Assembly (NCBI RefSeq): GCF_001194135.2 | Contig: NC_068988.1 | Location: forward strand, 85,142,981-85,206,980 | Source: Octopus bimaculoides | Lineage: Eukaryota | DNA: 64,000 bases | Direction of reading: 5' to 3' | Shown here: piece by piece, positions 38,285 to 51,765 of the stretch | Layout of the letters: each line of letters begins with the position of its first letter | Position numbering within the stretch: position 1 is the stretch's first letter | Translations under genes and position numbers: made by a program | The notes under the pieces: model-generated | Told to the model about the DNA's origin: nothing | Database searches by the model: none | Seen by the model: the letters and a program-made list of their open reading frames with translations, nothing else

Positions 38285-39789
38285 CTGGAAATATTCCAAG
38301 ATTAAAATTAGAATTTCAAGGGAAAAAGTTTACCTGTTATGGCTTTTTACACAAGTTATTTAAAACACTTTTGATAACAACCTGCTTGCGACTGCTCCTG
38401 GTCTATGATATAAACGTCCTGTTTTAAAGTGATCTAAATTCAAACTTTCCATCAAAATTTCATGTTACTTTATTCTACACATCAGCTTTATAATAAGAAA
38501 ATTATTTTACTAAATTCATCATTATCTTCAAAATTAATCAAAACAAGGACAGAGTATCTCAACAGAAATATGGTAAGGAAAGAATCAACAAGTTATGCAC
38601 AAATAAACTACCCTTCTCAAACACGATAAACACATAAGAGATTTTGGCTCCTTCTCACTAAAGGACTTTAAGACAATCAACTAATTATATAGAATACAAG
38701 CAAATAAGTTTTGGTTTTCAACTTTGAATCAAGATCTTGCAACAGTATTAACCAAGTTATATTTCCACAGGGAATATTCAAGAACTCACAGCAGTGTAAG
38801 CCATGCTATATTCCCTGTGGAATATATGGTAAAGTTGACTGAATCATTCTCTAGAATATTATTGGTACTGACGACAACTGATCCCTGGAGTGATTTGATC
38901 CCAGATAGTGAACAAATGAACAAACATATATGCATACATGCATATGTACATACAACACACACACACACACACACACTTACCTATATATATTACATACATA
39001 TATACATGAGATTCATACACACATAAATATACATACATGCATACATATATACACACATTCATACTCTAACCTGATTCTAAATTCACATTTATACCAATAA
39101 TTATTGGGACGTTTGGTTATGTTAGTAAATGTATAAGTGATAATCTGGCAAAAGCTAAGATTCTCAGTCACATGAAATAGACTGGTTAACATGCAATTTA
39201 CAGATACTGTCTATAAGTGGAACAATAAAGATTTGCAAGTTTTTTCTGAAGTTTAATAGGTAACACTTATAGTTGTTGTAATCCAGTGATAGAGCCTTAT
39301 TTCTTTGTTATGAACCAGCTTCTTCCTCATAGAAAGAATTTTGACAAAAAAAAAAAAAAANNNNNNNNNNAAAAAAAAAAAAAAAAAGGTACACAAACAC
39401 GCACACTTACTACACACAAATGGAAAAAGCTCCCACATAAGAAGAAGTATTTGAGAGATGAAGGTGGAAGTGGGTGGCTGTATTTCAGGTGTTGAAAGGC
39501 TGAAGTGTGATAGAGAGACAAGCACAAGTCTCTTGCTATAGAGGAGATACATGGCTGAAGGAGATAAGAGGAAAGTGGCAAAGGGTCTAGAGCAAACTCT
39601 TAAGGAATATACATATCAATTAGTAATATTTAAATGTCAAAAACTAATGTACTATATTGGTTTCAAATTTTACACAAGGCCAGCAATTTCATAGAAGAGT
39701 GTGAGTTGATTATATCAACCCCAGTACCCAACTGGTACTTATTTTATCAACCCTGAAAGTATGAAATTGAACTTTAGCCAGCCCACTTA

Positions 39790-40330
39790 TGTGTACCTTT
39801 CCTTCATTGGACACAAAACTCCACTTGTGAAGACCTGTTGAGGCAAGTGAAATCGGAATCGAAATCGAACTAAATTCGACGACTGGCACCCATGCCAACA
39901 TCGCCTCCTTCATTGGACACGAAACTCGGCTTGTGAAGACCTGTTGGGGCAAGCGAAAGCGAAATCGTGATGGCACCTGTGCTCAGCGTCGCCTTCCTGG
40001 CACTTGTGCTGGTGGCATGTGTAAAGACATTCGAGCAAGATCGTGCCAGTGCCGCTGGATTGGCTCCTGTGCAGGTGGCACGTAAAATACACCATTTTGA
40101 GCATGGCCGTTGCCAGTACCACCTGACTGGCCTTCGTGCCGGTGGCACGTAAAAGCACTCACTACACTCTCGGAGTGGTTGGCGTTAGGAAGGGCATGCA
40201 GCTGTAGAAACTCTGCCAAATCAGATTGGAGCCTGGTGTAACCATCCGGTTCACCAGTCCTCAGTCAAATCGTCCAACCCATTCTAACATAGAAAGCAGA
40301 GGTTAAACGATGATGATGATGATGATGATG
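39790..40330 (+). mobile_element. SINE family A, long copy
   Basis: Duplicated 5' units (cctttccttcattggacac...cttgtgaagacctgttg), same 3' core and (GAT)n tail. Confidence 0.85.
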
Positions 40331-40669
40331 AACATATAGCAGGACAAAATGCTGCTAAGCATTTTGTCTGGTTTGCTAATGGTTTTGTTAGCTCACCACC
40401 TTATGTATTATATTGGCTAGTATAATTAAGCATCAAATTTATTGGCTAACATACTACAGACTCATCAGATACACTGAATGGTCAATAACACAATATAATA
40501 CATGTACTAAGTTTGAGTTAGCACAGTTCTATCACTTACTAATTAATTGTGATTGATGATTCTCTTATTATTTATATATAATGAAATTATTGTATACAGT
40601 GCTCAGGTGCACTACAACTTGTCAAAAGTGCATATAAAGCATATGCAGTATTGGACAAATGTCTGGAAA

Positions 40670-41035
40670 GTGAATAGTGTATGAGTCAGATACATGCTTG
40701 CGTGTGTATGGAGGGGAGAAAATCAGGTGTAGCGTTGGCGAATCTCAGAAAGTATGGAAGTTTTGAAGGATGCAGTGCTCCGACAACTAACAATTGATGC
40801 TGGCAGTTTGTTCCATACTTCAGCAACTCTCAGCGTGAAGAAATGTTTCCGAAAGTTATGGGAGCTGTGCTGTTTTCTGACTTTGTAAACATGTCCACAG
40901 GTGTTAGACACGTGGAATTTGAAAAGGTGCTCAGAGTTATTGTTAGCAAGATGGTTAATAATTTTATGGGCGTCTGCCAAGTCAGCTGCCAGACGTCGGA
41001 GTTTCAATGTATCCATGCCCTAATGATTCAAAAAC
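40670..41035 (-). mobile_element. CR1-clade LINE 3' end
   Basis: TLKLRRLAADL...RKHFFTLRVAEVWNKLPASIV. Confidence 0.85.
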
Positions 41036-41710
41036 AGCCAGTTACCAATGTTTATGGATGAGGAAGAAAATATGTTCATTAATTTAGTATAGCCTCTCTC
41101 ACTGTATCTACTAGCAGGTAGTGATGTTAAAGGAAGGGCAACTAATCCTTCATGGAAGGCCTGCAAATATCCACAAGCAAGCCTTTATTCTCCATGCCAT
41201 CAATGTTCTCCAAGACAAATGACCAATAAAACTTGGTATTAGTGAAGCCAGAACACATATAACAAAGCATCCCATCCAATATCAAACAATTCTAGCAATC
41301 TACAATAACGGACTGGTATTTTATTGATTGATGTATGTATGTATGTATGCATGAATGCATGCATGTATGTATGTATATATACATGTTCACATATATATAT
41401 ATCTGTAGTTTTCACTTTTATGTTTTTGAAATCAGTGTATGAGTTCAACGGATTTCTTATAAGCTGACAAGGTGTGTTGAGTTTAACCCTAGGTGTGGTA
41501 AGAGCCACTGATGAGAATTAAGATGCTCTGCATCAAAATTCAAAGTCACTGGTGATTTGGCTATGTCCGCTAGGGAGCTTGTCTCCCTTGTCAGTCATTA
41601 TGGTAGTGCTTCTGTGGCTATTGAGTTGTGTTGACTCTTATTTCTAGTAATACTGGTACTACGTAGTACCCTCTGTCACTTTAGTGACGTCTATAAATTT
41701 GCCTTTAGGT

Positions 41711-42042
41711 TCATCATCATCATCATCATCGTTTAACGTCCGCTTTCCATGCTAGCATGGGTTGGACGATTTGACTGAGGACTGGTGAAACCGGATGGCA
41801 ACACCAGGCTCCAGTCTGATTTGGCAGAGTTTCTACAGCTGGATGCCCTTCCTAACGCCAACCACTCAGAGAGTGTAGTGGGTGCTTTTACGTGTCACCC
41901 GCACGAAAACGGCCACGCTCGAAATGGTGTCTTTTATGTGCCACCCGCACAAGCCAGTCCAGGGGCACTGGCAACGATCTCGCTCGAAAATCCTACAGGA
42001 GCCAGTCAGGCGGTACTGGCAACGGCCACGCTCAAAATGGTG
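41711..42042 (-). mobile_element. SINE family A copy running into a gap
   Basis: Reverse complement of the family A core. Confidence 0.85.
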
Positions 42043-43610
42043 NNNNNNNNNNNNNNNNNNNNNNNNNNNNNNNNNNNNNNNNNNNNNNNNNNNNNNNNNN
42101 NNNNNNNNNNNNNNNNNNNNNNNNNNNNNNNNNNNNNNNNNNNNNNNNNNNNNNNNNNNNNNNNNNNNNNNNNNNNNNNNNNNNNNNNNNNNNNNNNNNN
42201 NNNNNNNNNNNNNNNNNNNNNNNNNNNNNNNNNNNNNNNNNNNNNNNNNNNNNNNNNNNNNNNNNNNNNNNNNNNNNNNNNNNNNNNNNNNNNNNNNNNN
42301 NNNNNNNNNNNNNNNNNNNNNNNNNNNNNNNNNNNNNNNNNNNNNNNNNNNNNNNNNNNNNNNNNNNNNNNNNNNNNNNNNNNNNNNNNNNNNNNNNNNN
42401 NNNNNNNNNNNNNNNNNNNNNNNNNNNNNNNNNNNNNNNNNNNNNNNNNNNNNNNNNNNNNNNNNNNNNNNNNNNNNNNNNNNNNNNNNNNNNNNNNNNN
42501 NNNNNNNNNNNNNNNNNNNNNNNNNNNNNNNNNNNNNNNNNNNNNNNNNNNNNNNNNNNNNNNNNNNNNNNNNNNNNNNNNNNNNNNNNNNNNNNNNNNN
42601 NNNNNNNNNNNNNNNNNNNNNNNNNNNNNNNNNNNNNNNNNNNNNNNNNNNNNNNNNNNNNNNNNNNNNNNNNNNNNNNCCCTTTGTCGCCAGCAGGGGT
42701 AAGAGCTCTCTAAACTTTGCCCAGGCTATTCTTATTCTAGCAGCTACACTTTCAGCGCACCCACCCCCACTACTAACTTGGTCGCCCAGATAGCGGAAGC
42801 TATCGACTACCTCTAGTTTTTCACCCTGGAATGAGATAGAAGTTGTTTCCTGTTTGTTTGCAGTCTTTATTGCACCTGAACATCTGCCACAAACAAAAAC
42901 TAACTTGCTAGTTAACCTGCCTTTGATGTTGCTGCACCTCTTATGTGTCCATAGCTTGCACCGGGTACATCTTATAGAGTTACTACCTACTCCTTTTCTA
43001 CATACTGAGCAGGGCCATCTGTTAAATAAATATCCATATATGTACGTGAAAACTACAAATAATATGTTTTCACATACATATGTAGATATTTATGCATCAA
43101 CATCATCGTTTAACATTCGTTTTCCATGCTGGCATGAGTTGGATGGTTTGACAGCAACTAGCAAGCTGCAGGTCTGCTTTGAGCTCTAATGTCATCTTTG
43201 GCATGATTTCTACAATTTGATGCTCTTTCTAATGCCAACCACTTTACAGAGTCTACTGGGTGCTTTTTTTTTAGGTAAAGCAACCAGTACTAATGTGATT
43301 GCCATGTAACCGGGAAGGAAATGGAAAAGCTCCCACCTAAGAAGTATTTGAGAGATGAAGGTGAAAGTGGGAGGCTGTATTCCAGGTATTGAAAGTCTAA
43401 AGTATGATAGAGGGACAAGCACAAGTCTCTTGCTATAGAGGAGATACATGGCTGATGGAGATAAGAGGAAAGTAGCAAAGGGGCTAAAACAAACTTTCAA
43501 GGAATAAGTATAAGGTGAATATAAGAGAGAACATGGACAGTGGGTGTTGCCATCCGGTTTCACCAGTCCTCAGTCAAATCGTCCAACCCATGCTAGCATG
43601 NNNNNNNNNN

Positions 43611-45237
43611 AAATAACGGTCATGGATGCTCAATGAACAAAACAAATGAATTTAATATAGATTCATCCTATTTTAAAAGTAACGAAGAAAACCTTAAATA
43701 GAAAAATGGGCTCAAAATACATATTGTAAATAATTAATTATATTCGAATTAACACATTAAAATCAAATCAAATAAAATAAAATATATGCTGCATTCAAAA
43801 TAAAATAAAATTACAATAGTATATACGCATACTATAATGTATTCACCCTTGTTGTTTACAACTTCTTCCCAATGTTCAACAAGATTTTCAATACCTCGTT
43901 GGTAGAAATCACCCGATTTTGACTTGAAAAATTGATCAAACCAAGCTCTCAATTCTGCATTAGTATTGAACGAAACTCCACACATAGCATTTTAAAGAGA
44001 TTGAAAAAGGTGGAAATCTGATGGTGCCAAATCAGGAGAGTACGGTGGGTGTGGCAGCACTCCCCAGCCATGCGTTTGAATGGCTTCCATGGTCATATTG
44101 GTGATATGAGGGCGGGCGTTGTGCAGCAGAAGAACTCCATGCTGACGATTAGGCCTTTTCTCTTGAATAGCTGTGTTGAGTTGTTCCATCTGTTGAACAT
44201 AGAGTTCCGTGTTGACCGTTTGGTTCCGTTCAAGCAATTCGTAATGGATAATCCCTTCTCAGTCCCACCATATGCACAACATCGTTTTACGCAGATGATC
44301 TTGTTTCATGTACAGTATCGCTTGTTTACCGGGGCTAAACCATTCCTTACGCTGCTTCATATTGATATACAGGCACCGTTTTTCATTGCCAGTAACGATT
44401 CGGTAAAAAAATTGTTGCTTGTGTCCATGAGTTGAGCGGTGACGAGCAAGCAAACCAGTGGAGATGTGGCTCGGTGATTTTTGTTGGTGTCACTTAAAGC
44501 ATGCAGAACCCATGCTCCATACTTCTGAACCTTTCCCAACGAGTAAAGATGCTTCTCTGTAGCAGTGTGGGAGCATTCCATTTTCTCTGCCAGTTCCCTT
44601 GTCGTATGACGAGAATTTTTGTGCAAAAGTTGGTTTAATCGCTCTTCATTGAACTCAACTGGACAGCCAGAATGAGGTGCGTCTTTAAGGTCAAAATTTC
44701 CATTTTTGAACTTGGCATACCAATCACGAGCGGTTCTTCCAGCTATGGCACCCTCTCCATACACAGCACAAATGTCACGAGCAGCTTTTGNNNNNNNNNN
44801 NNNNNNNNNNNNNNNNNNNNNNNNNNNNNNNNNNNNNNNNNNNNNNNNNNNNNNNNNNNNNNNNNNNNNNNNNNNNNNNNNNNNNNNNNNNNNNNNNNNN
44901 NNNNNNNNNNNNNNNNNNNNNNNNNNNNNNNNNNNNNNNNNNNNNNNNNNNNNNNNNNNNNNNNNNNNNNNNNNNNNNNNNNNNNNNNNNNNNNNNNNNN
45001 NNNNNNNNNNNNNNNNNNNAAAAAGAAGGTGTCGAAAATGCTAATTTTTCTTAACTTGACATTGCATTTTAATGATCTGAAAATAAACAAAAATTAACTA
45101 AAATTAACTAGAAAAAAATAAAATAGATTCCAAAATGATTCAAAAATAGAATTCTCGACAAAAATAAAATTCCAAAATTTAAAAACGCAATAAATTCCAA
45201 AATTTAATAAAACGGCGGGAACTTAGTTGCCAACCCA

Positions 45238-45238
<1 letters not shown>
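43611..45238 (-). mobile_element. Near full-length frameshifted mariner, mellifera-like TIR
   Basis: TIR TA-TTGGGTTGGCAACTAAG at 45238. ORF pieces WYAKFKNGNFDLKDAPHSG, RIVTGNEKRCLY, HPPYSPDLAPSDFHLFQSL, ENLVEHWEEVVNNKGEYII. The other end is lost in a gap. Confidence 0.93.
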
Positions 45239-45272
<34 letters not shown>

Positions 45273-45536
45273 AACACATCTGTAAAGTCTTTAAAAAAGG
45301 AGGGTGTATCAAAAAGCTTAATGGTAGATATACAAAATAGCAAAGATAATAGCAGGAATGCTTTTACTCATAGGTCTGCTTGGACTGGACTGGCCTAGGG
45401 CTAAACAACAACATCATGGTCTTTATCATTTCCACATTTATTTAGTGCATGTTTCCATGTGGACACAGGTCGAATAAGTCTACAGAACAACATTACAGTA
45501 AGAATTTGAGAAATAGATAAAATAAACTTCCATTAC

Positions 45537-45660
45537 CAGCCGATATATTTGTCACAGTACTCTCAGAATTTTTCAACTCCCCCTCCTTGTAGTTCAGGTT
45601 TTCTTTCATGTTTTCTAATTGATCCCCGGAAGGTAAATTGAAGGAAGATCGGTTGATATT
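45537..45660 (-). CDS. IFT74: IFT74 coding exon (124 nt): NINRSSFNLPSGDQLENMKENLNYKEGELKNSESTVTNISA
   Basis: Acceptor gggttccag|AAT, donor CTG|GTAATG. Matches human [42 protein letters not shown]. Confidence 0.94.
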
Positions 45661-45848
45661 CTGGAACCCAAATGAAAAATAAAAGAACAATTAAAATCAA
45701 GACCAAAATTATATTTCAGCATGCCTAGTAATAGCCAACATCATCAGCATCATCATCAGCTGCAGCATTCTTTTAATGATCATTTTTCCAGCATTCATGT
45801 GTCAGACAGAATTTGTAGAGGCAGATTTTTTTTTGACTAGATGCCGTT

Positions 45849-46210
45849 CATCATCATCATCATCATCATCGTTTAACGTCCACTTTCCATGCTAGCATGG
45901 GTTGGACGATTTGACTGAGGACTAGCAAGCCAGAAGGCTGCACCAGGCTCCAATCTGATCTGGCAGAGTTTCTACAGCTGGATGCCCTTCCTAACGCCAA
46001 CCACTCTGAGAGTGTAGTGGGTGCTTTTTACGTGCCACCAGCACAAAGGCCAGTCAGGCGGTACTGGCAACAGCCACGCTCGAAATGGGGCATTTTACGT
46101 GCCACCTGCACAGGAGCCAGTCCAGTGGCACTGGCAATGATCTCACTCGAATATCTTTACACGTGCCAGGAAGGCGACGCTGGGCACAGGTGCCATCATG
46201 ATTTCGCTTC
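45849..46210 (-). mobile_element. SINE family A copy
   Basis: Same core and tail. Further diverged copies at about 31830-32017, 32975-33400, 34690-35010, 35340-35610, 43100-43290, 51770-51925 and 55700-56150. Confidence 0.8.
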
Positions 46211-46783
46211 TTGTAACTAATTCTCATCTCGCCTGTTTCCAAGTAAAGAAATATTTCCGCATGACCAGACATGATTTCATGAATGACTGGATACAAATGA
46301 TACCACTTGTATGGCAATAACACCTGCTTACAACTATTATGTAATGTCTAGACAAGGAGACTAACATATCCACACACACACACACATACATACATACATA
46401 CATACAACTATGAGATCAGAAGGAATGGTATAAAAGACCTAATGAATTTTAATACTAGCTCTTATTTTACTGACCCCGGAAGTATAAAAAGTAAGTTGAC
46501 TTTTGTGGGATTTGAACAAGTAACATAAATGGAACTAACTTCATAAACCAAAGAATTTTGTTTAGGGCCCTATTGAACGTTTATCAGTTTTTAAATGATA
46601 TTATGATTTCTAAAGTAAATATAATAATAATTTTTGAATATATACTGCCAAGATAGTATGGTGCTTCAAGTAGTAGTAGTAGTAACAAGTTCTATGTTTT
46701 GATGTAAAAAGAACGTAAGCTTTTAATGTAAATACAATAAAATTTATGGCAAATTACAAACAAGAATATTTCTATAAACTTAC

Positions 46784-46840
46784 CTGGCTGATCTTTTCCA
46801 ATAAATTAACAATGTTCACCTGGGCTCTGTTAATTGCTGA
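46784..46840 (-). CDS. IFT74: IFT74 coding exon (57 nt): SAINRAQVNIVNLLEKISQ
   Basis: Acceptor acgttctag|TCA, donor CAG|GTAAGT. Matches human ...IEANIVALLEHCSR. Confidence 0.92.
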
Positions 46841-46847
46841 CTAGAAC

Positions 46848-46885
<38 letters not shown>

Positions 46886-47070
46886 AACACCAGGACTTAC
46901 AAATATATATAACATACAGAAAATTGCACTACTGGGCACTGCACACATCCTACGCAAAACACTTTCAATACAGTAACCATAAGAGCATCACAGCAAACCA
47001 CAGCACATACCCAAGGCACACAGAGCTGTGCTCGGTAGTGAAGTGAAAGCACGTTATAAAAATAAAACTA

Positions 47071-47105
<35 letters not shown>

Positions 47106-47449
47106 TGATGATGATGATGATGATGATTTCTTTTATTTGCCACCAAGGTGAAGGTTGAGGGGGACAATACAGAGACAAACATAAAGTGTGGGGGTTTACA
47201 TATAAGGGAAAAGAAAAAGTATACATTAAAAGAAGGGAAGTGTACATAGTATATGGCACTAGAAGAAGAAAAGAAAAAAGTGATAGTGATGGGGTCCTCC
47301 TGATACAGGAGGGCCTCCAGTGATAATCGAGGAACCCCACCATCCAAGATCACCCTGAATACTAAGGACAAGTGCCCTCTCCAAATCCCTTTCTTCCGAC
47401 TCACAGGTCTACACTGAAAGTGGTACCATCCACTCTTGCCATTTTCAAA

Positions 47450-48330
47450 ACTTACACTTACCTTTTGATAAATTCACTCAAGGACAACACCTCCCTCTCC
47501 ATCCTCACTTTCCTTTTCAAGTGAAACTTGAAAAAGTCAATCAGAGCTTTATTAAACAGGAATGTTTCTGTCCTCATTCCTTTCAGCCTTGTCGACCAGA
47601 CAACCTCTTTCGCCACAGCCACCAGGCAAAGAAAAACTGCCTGGCCTGCCCGATTAAAGGAGGGCGGCAGGGCAATCAGCATTATGAACTTGGCTGAGAG
47701 AGAGATCCATCCCACAAACGACAGCAACTGTTCAACATAACTCCATATATCAGCAATACCTGGACACTGAACGAATGCATGCAGAATGGTTTTGTTGTTC
47801 TGCTAGCGCCTTGGAAAGCTTGTCTGACAGCACATCCATGCCTGTAGAGTTTATCTTGAACCGGTAGCGCCCCCTTCCCCACTCTAGTAGCACTGCCAGG
47901 CCAAAGACATATGGAAATTACCCATAATAGTCCCCGACCAGAAATTCCTCTTGAAAAGACTTGCCAGTTTGTCTTTTTTGATGCCTAGGGTATTCTCGAG
48001 GACATCACACTTCCCTGCTACTAATCCTCTGTATATAGCTAAAGTGGAACATCCCGATTTATAGAGGACAATGAGCAACTCAGCCTATCCTTTACCCAGG
48101 ATGGCAGCTGCGGAAAGGCATAGCTCACAAATGGAACCCACACACATTCACCTTCTAGAAATTGTTGCAGGTGGCACAACCTGAGTGCATGTCTGTGCAA
48201 CAAAAGCCATGGCATGCCTAAGCTACCACACAGAAGGAGTTGGCAACAGACTGACAGGGTGACCATTGGAACATGTCCCTTCCAAAATTTATGCTACTAC
48301 ATGAGGAGAGCAAGGACTGTGCTCATGCAC
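47450..48330 (-). mobile_element. L1/Tx1-like LINE 3' fragment
   Basis: Decayed ORF pieces such as ALIDFFKFHLKRKVRMEREVLS. Clade assignment is by resemblance only. Confidence 0.55.
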
Positions 48331-48479
48331 CATTTTCTCTTTATAGCTGACCTGAAATAGCATGGTGGGAATGGTCCCAAGCTTGTAAATCTTTTCAGTA
48401 TTGTTCAAGTTTTCTTCCTGTTTCTTAATAATTGAGTTTGGAAGAAGTTTGCAGGCTTTCTGAGATCAGGAAGCTCAAT

Positions 48480-49560
48480 GCCATTGATGCTCTATTTTGA
48501 CTGTTACAGGTCAACAACTATAAGAAAGACATGAGTAGAGAGAAGGTTCCAGAGGACTGATGTTTTGAGGACAAAGGATTAGATATAATGGTTAGTGTGG
48601 GGCTGAGGGAGTTGGAGGCAGCAAGAGTGATGAAAGCAAGAAAGAGCAGGGCCTTAGGAGTGCATGAGTGGTGAAGGTACAACATCAGCAAATTCTGAGG
48701 AACAGTGGCCATTATAGTAGCAATAGAAAAGACAGAAAGGCGAGACACCACACCTGTGGACCAGAGGCTAGAGTACATCTGTTAGTGATTGAATACCAAT
48801 TAATTAAGTGGTCCTTCCCTGGATGCGGCCCAGAATATTTGTGTGCATAGTAGCAGCAATGTCCTAGATGTGGGAGCAGTATTTCATAATAAACATTACT
48901 TGAGCCTTGTAAAGTGTCAGCAGTTGTTAGGAGTTGAAATATTTGCTGGCTCTAGAGAGAAGAGCCAATCTTTGGGATGTGATCCTAGCTATGTTAAGGA
49001 TGTGCTTTTGCTAGGAAAGATCCCTGGTAATAAGGCTCAGCATTTGGTGTGATTACAAGGTCTCTAATTGAGTGCAGTTCATGTTTAGAGGAGGCAAGAT
49101 GTGATCATGTTTCTTGACGGGAAATAGTGCTTGAGTTTTTTTGCTGTTAAATGAAATAAAGTTGGTATGGATCCACTGAAAGACTTTCTCAAGGTCTCTG
49201 GGGATAAAATCAAAGTAGGTTTGTTGTATGGTGTCTAGGTTGTGTGTGGATGATGCATAGTTGTAAGTTAAGGAAGAATGAAGGGTCATGTAGTCTGCAT
49301 AAAAGTGGTGCAGGATATGGTGATAAGTAGATCAACGATTTATAGAAAGAAGAGAGGAGGGGACAAATTCAAACCGTGGGGAACTCTATCAACATCATAT
49401 GCTGTGATGATGAAGTCAGATAGGCAGCTACTGAACCAAGAGATGAACGATAGGTGGGACCTGTAGGTAGAAAGTTTCGAAAGATGATTTGCATGCCAGA
49501 CGCAATCAGGAAACTTTGTTAAGTTAATCTGGTAGGTGTTGGTTAAAAACAACAGTTTGT
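48480..49560 (-). mobile_element. Decayed LINE RT fragment (L2/CR1/Jockey-like)
   Basis: Fragmented ORF ...SFNSKKTQALFPVKK...PPLNMN and upstream RT-like pieces. Confidence 0.55.
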
Positions 49561-49662
49561 TATTTCCTATTACAAAGAAGGCATTGCAGTGAGAGGCTCC
49601 AACAATTTAACTGGATTTTCAACATTAAAAAAAGTAAACAACAACAAAAAAAAAACTCATAC

Positions 49663-49703
49663 CTGTTCATGTTGTTTATTCTGTTCAAAATTTTGTATAA
49701 ATT
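49663..49703 (-). CDS. IFT74: IFT74 41-nt micro-exon: EFIQNFEQNKQHEQ
   Basis: Acceptor atttttacag|AA, donor CAG|GTATGA. Matches human TFIETFEETKNQEL. Phase 1 to phase 0. Confidence 0.9.
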
Positions 49704-51714
49704 CTGTAAAAATATACAAATGAAGGTTTGTGATAAAGGAATTAAGAATTATTAAAACATCTCTGTATTGTCACTCTCTCACTCACTCTTTTGGTGCCCC
49801 TCAGTTATAGGGGCCACTTTAGGTCCTTAGATGTAGAAGTTATGAGGTGATCATCACTAGTGCTGGTGCCATGAAAAAAGCACTCAGTAAACCCTGTAAA
49901 GTAATTGGTCTTTATGGAGAAAACATGCCAATGCAGACATCAGTATATGATGTAGTCCTTTGACTTGGTTAAGGTTTAGGTCATACATTAACTCTTTTGG
50001 AACCATATTTGTAATGAAACACATAACTGACAGTTTTCAATTAATTTTGAAAATAATCAAGAATTCAGAAAAATTTGGAGTGAAACTGGCGGGAATGTCT
50101 TTGCTATCGATTTCTGATGCAGGCACTAAGCCTCAATTTTGTGGGGTGATCTGTATAATTGATTAAGTTAACCCTACTACTTGACAGGCACTTTAAAATA
50201 AAGTACCCAGAAAGATGAAAAGCACAGGTGATCTCAGCAGGTTTTGAACACTTTTCCTATATAAAAAATTATGTGGAATGTATTAATTACAATATGGTCA
50301 TTTTAAAATAAAATTCTTTTTTTTTTGTATCATAAAACCAAAGGTGGTTTCAGGTGGGTTGGAATGAGAAAGGTTAAAAAAATAGCATATTTTCAATTCT
50401 TAGTAGATCACATACATATTCAATTCTCACACTTACTTTGTTGGCTGTACTTTTTGTCTTTTTTTGTGAATAACATAAGGAAATCTTTCTGATTATTCAT
50501 TGTGGAGTCAGCTTGACATTATCAAACAAGCAAAACATGAGCTAATATAAGAATGGCTATTTTGTCAAGTGACTTACTAGAAATATAAAAAAAAAACATC
50601 ACTCAAATCACATCTTACTGTTGTAAAAAAGAGAAAAAACACATTAGATAATGTAGTCTTAGAATTACTCTATTTGAATAAGAGATGAGGTGGTCACGGT
50701 TAAAGAGTTTTTGTTCATAGGTCTGCTGTTCAGGGCTGACCTGAGCTAAGCAACAACAAAAACAATAACAAGAAACAACAAAACTTATGCAAAACCACAC
50801 AATATATAGTCGTAACAAGGCTCCTATGGAGTTTTGAGTCACTACAGTCAAGTTTCCCAGCTCAGCAGACACAGTGGCTTTAACAAAATTATGTCATCTG
50901 TTGATTTAATGCCTGTTTTTCCCTGTTATCTTGGGCTGAATGGGGACATATTTGACACAGATTCTATGGTCAGATGTTCTTCCAGTTGCCAGTCCTTAAC
51001 TCTTTCTTAAATAAGGGATTTTTTTTCATATATTATGTATTAGCAACAGAAGCAGTATTAATACCGAGAGGTAATATCTATTCCCACTTAAATGTGGATG
51101 TTCTCAGTGCTGGAGTTGGTGGAGGTTTATCTCCCCACTGCTGATATAAACAAACAAGTGTGGATTCTGCAACAAAAGCCTATATGAGAGTTTCTCTCAT
51201 GGTATCTACAGCAGTAAAGTTTGTTCTAACAGAATGTCTACATTTAAGTGGGAATAAATATTTGAATATTTTTCTTTTCTTTCTAAAAGTCTTCGGAAGT
51301 CCAGATTGACCAACAAACAGTGCAAACATCATACCACCATTTCACTCAGGGGAAAAAAACCCATGGAATATTCATACACAACACACACATACACACAAAT
51401 GAATGTCTGTTTTTCTGTGTGTCTGTATGCACATATATGTGCACACATACACATGCGCACAGACCCCCACTCTCTCTCTCTTTCTCACACAACTTGTACA
51501 ACTAGGCTGAACAAGCCAATGGCTTGAAGTCCTAGTTAACTTTATCTTCACAATAAATTTGACTACACTACACCATCAATTCCTAGGGATATGTGAAGAA
51601 GGAATTTTATTCCGAAATATCACATCAGACTATGGATAATTAAATTACAACAGTTATTATAGTCCATTTTTTTTGTATTATAGTGCATTGTTGTGTCATT
51701 CAAAACATTTTATT

Positions 51715-51765
<51 letters not shown>

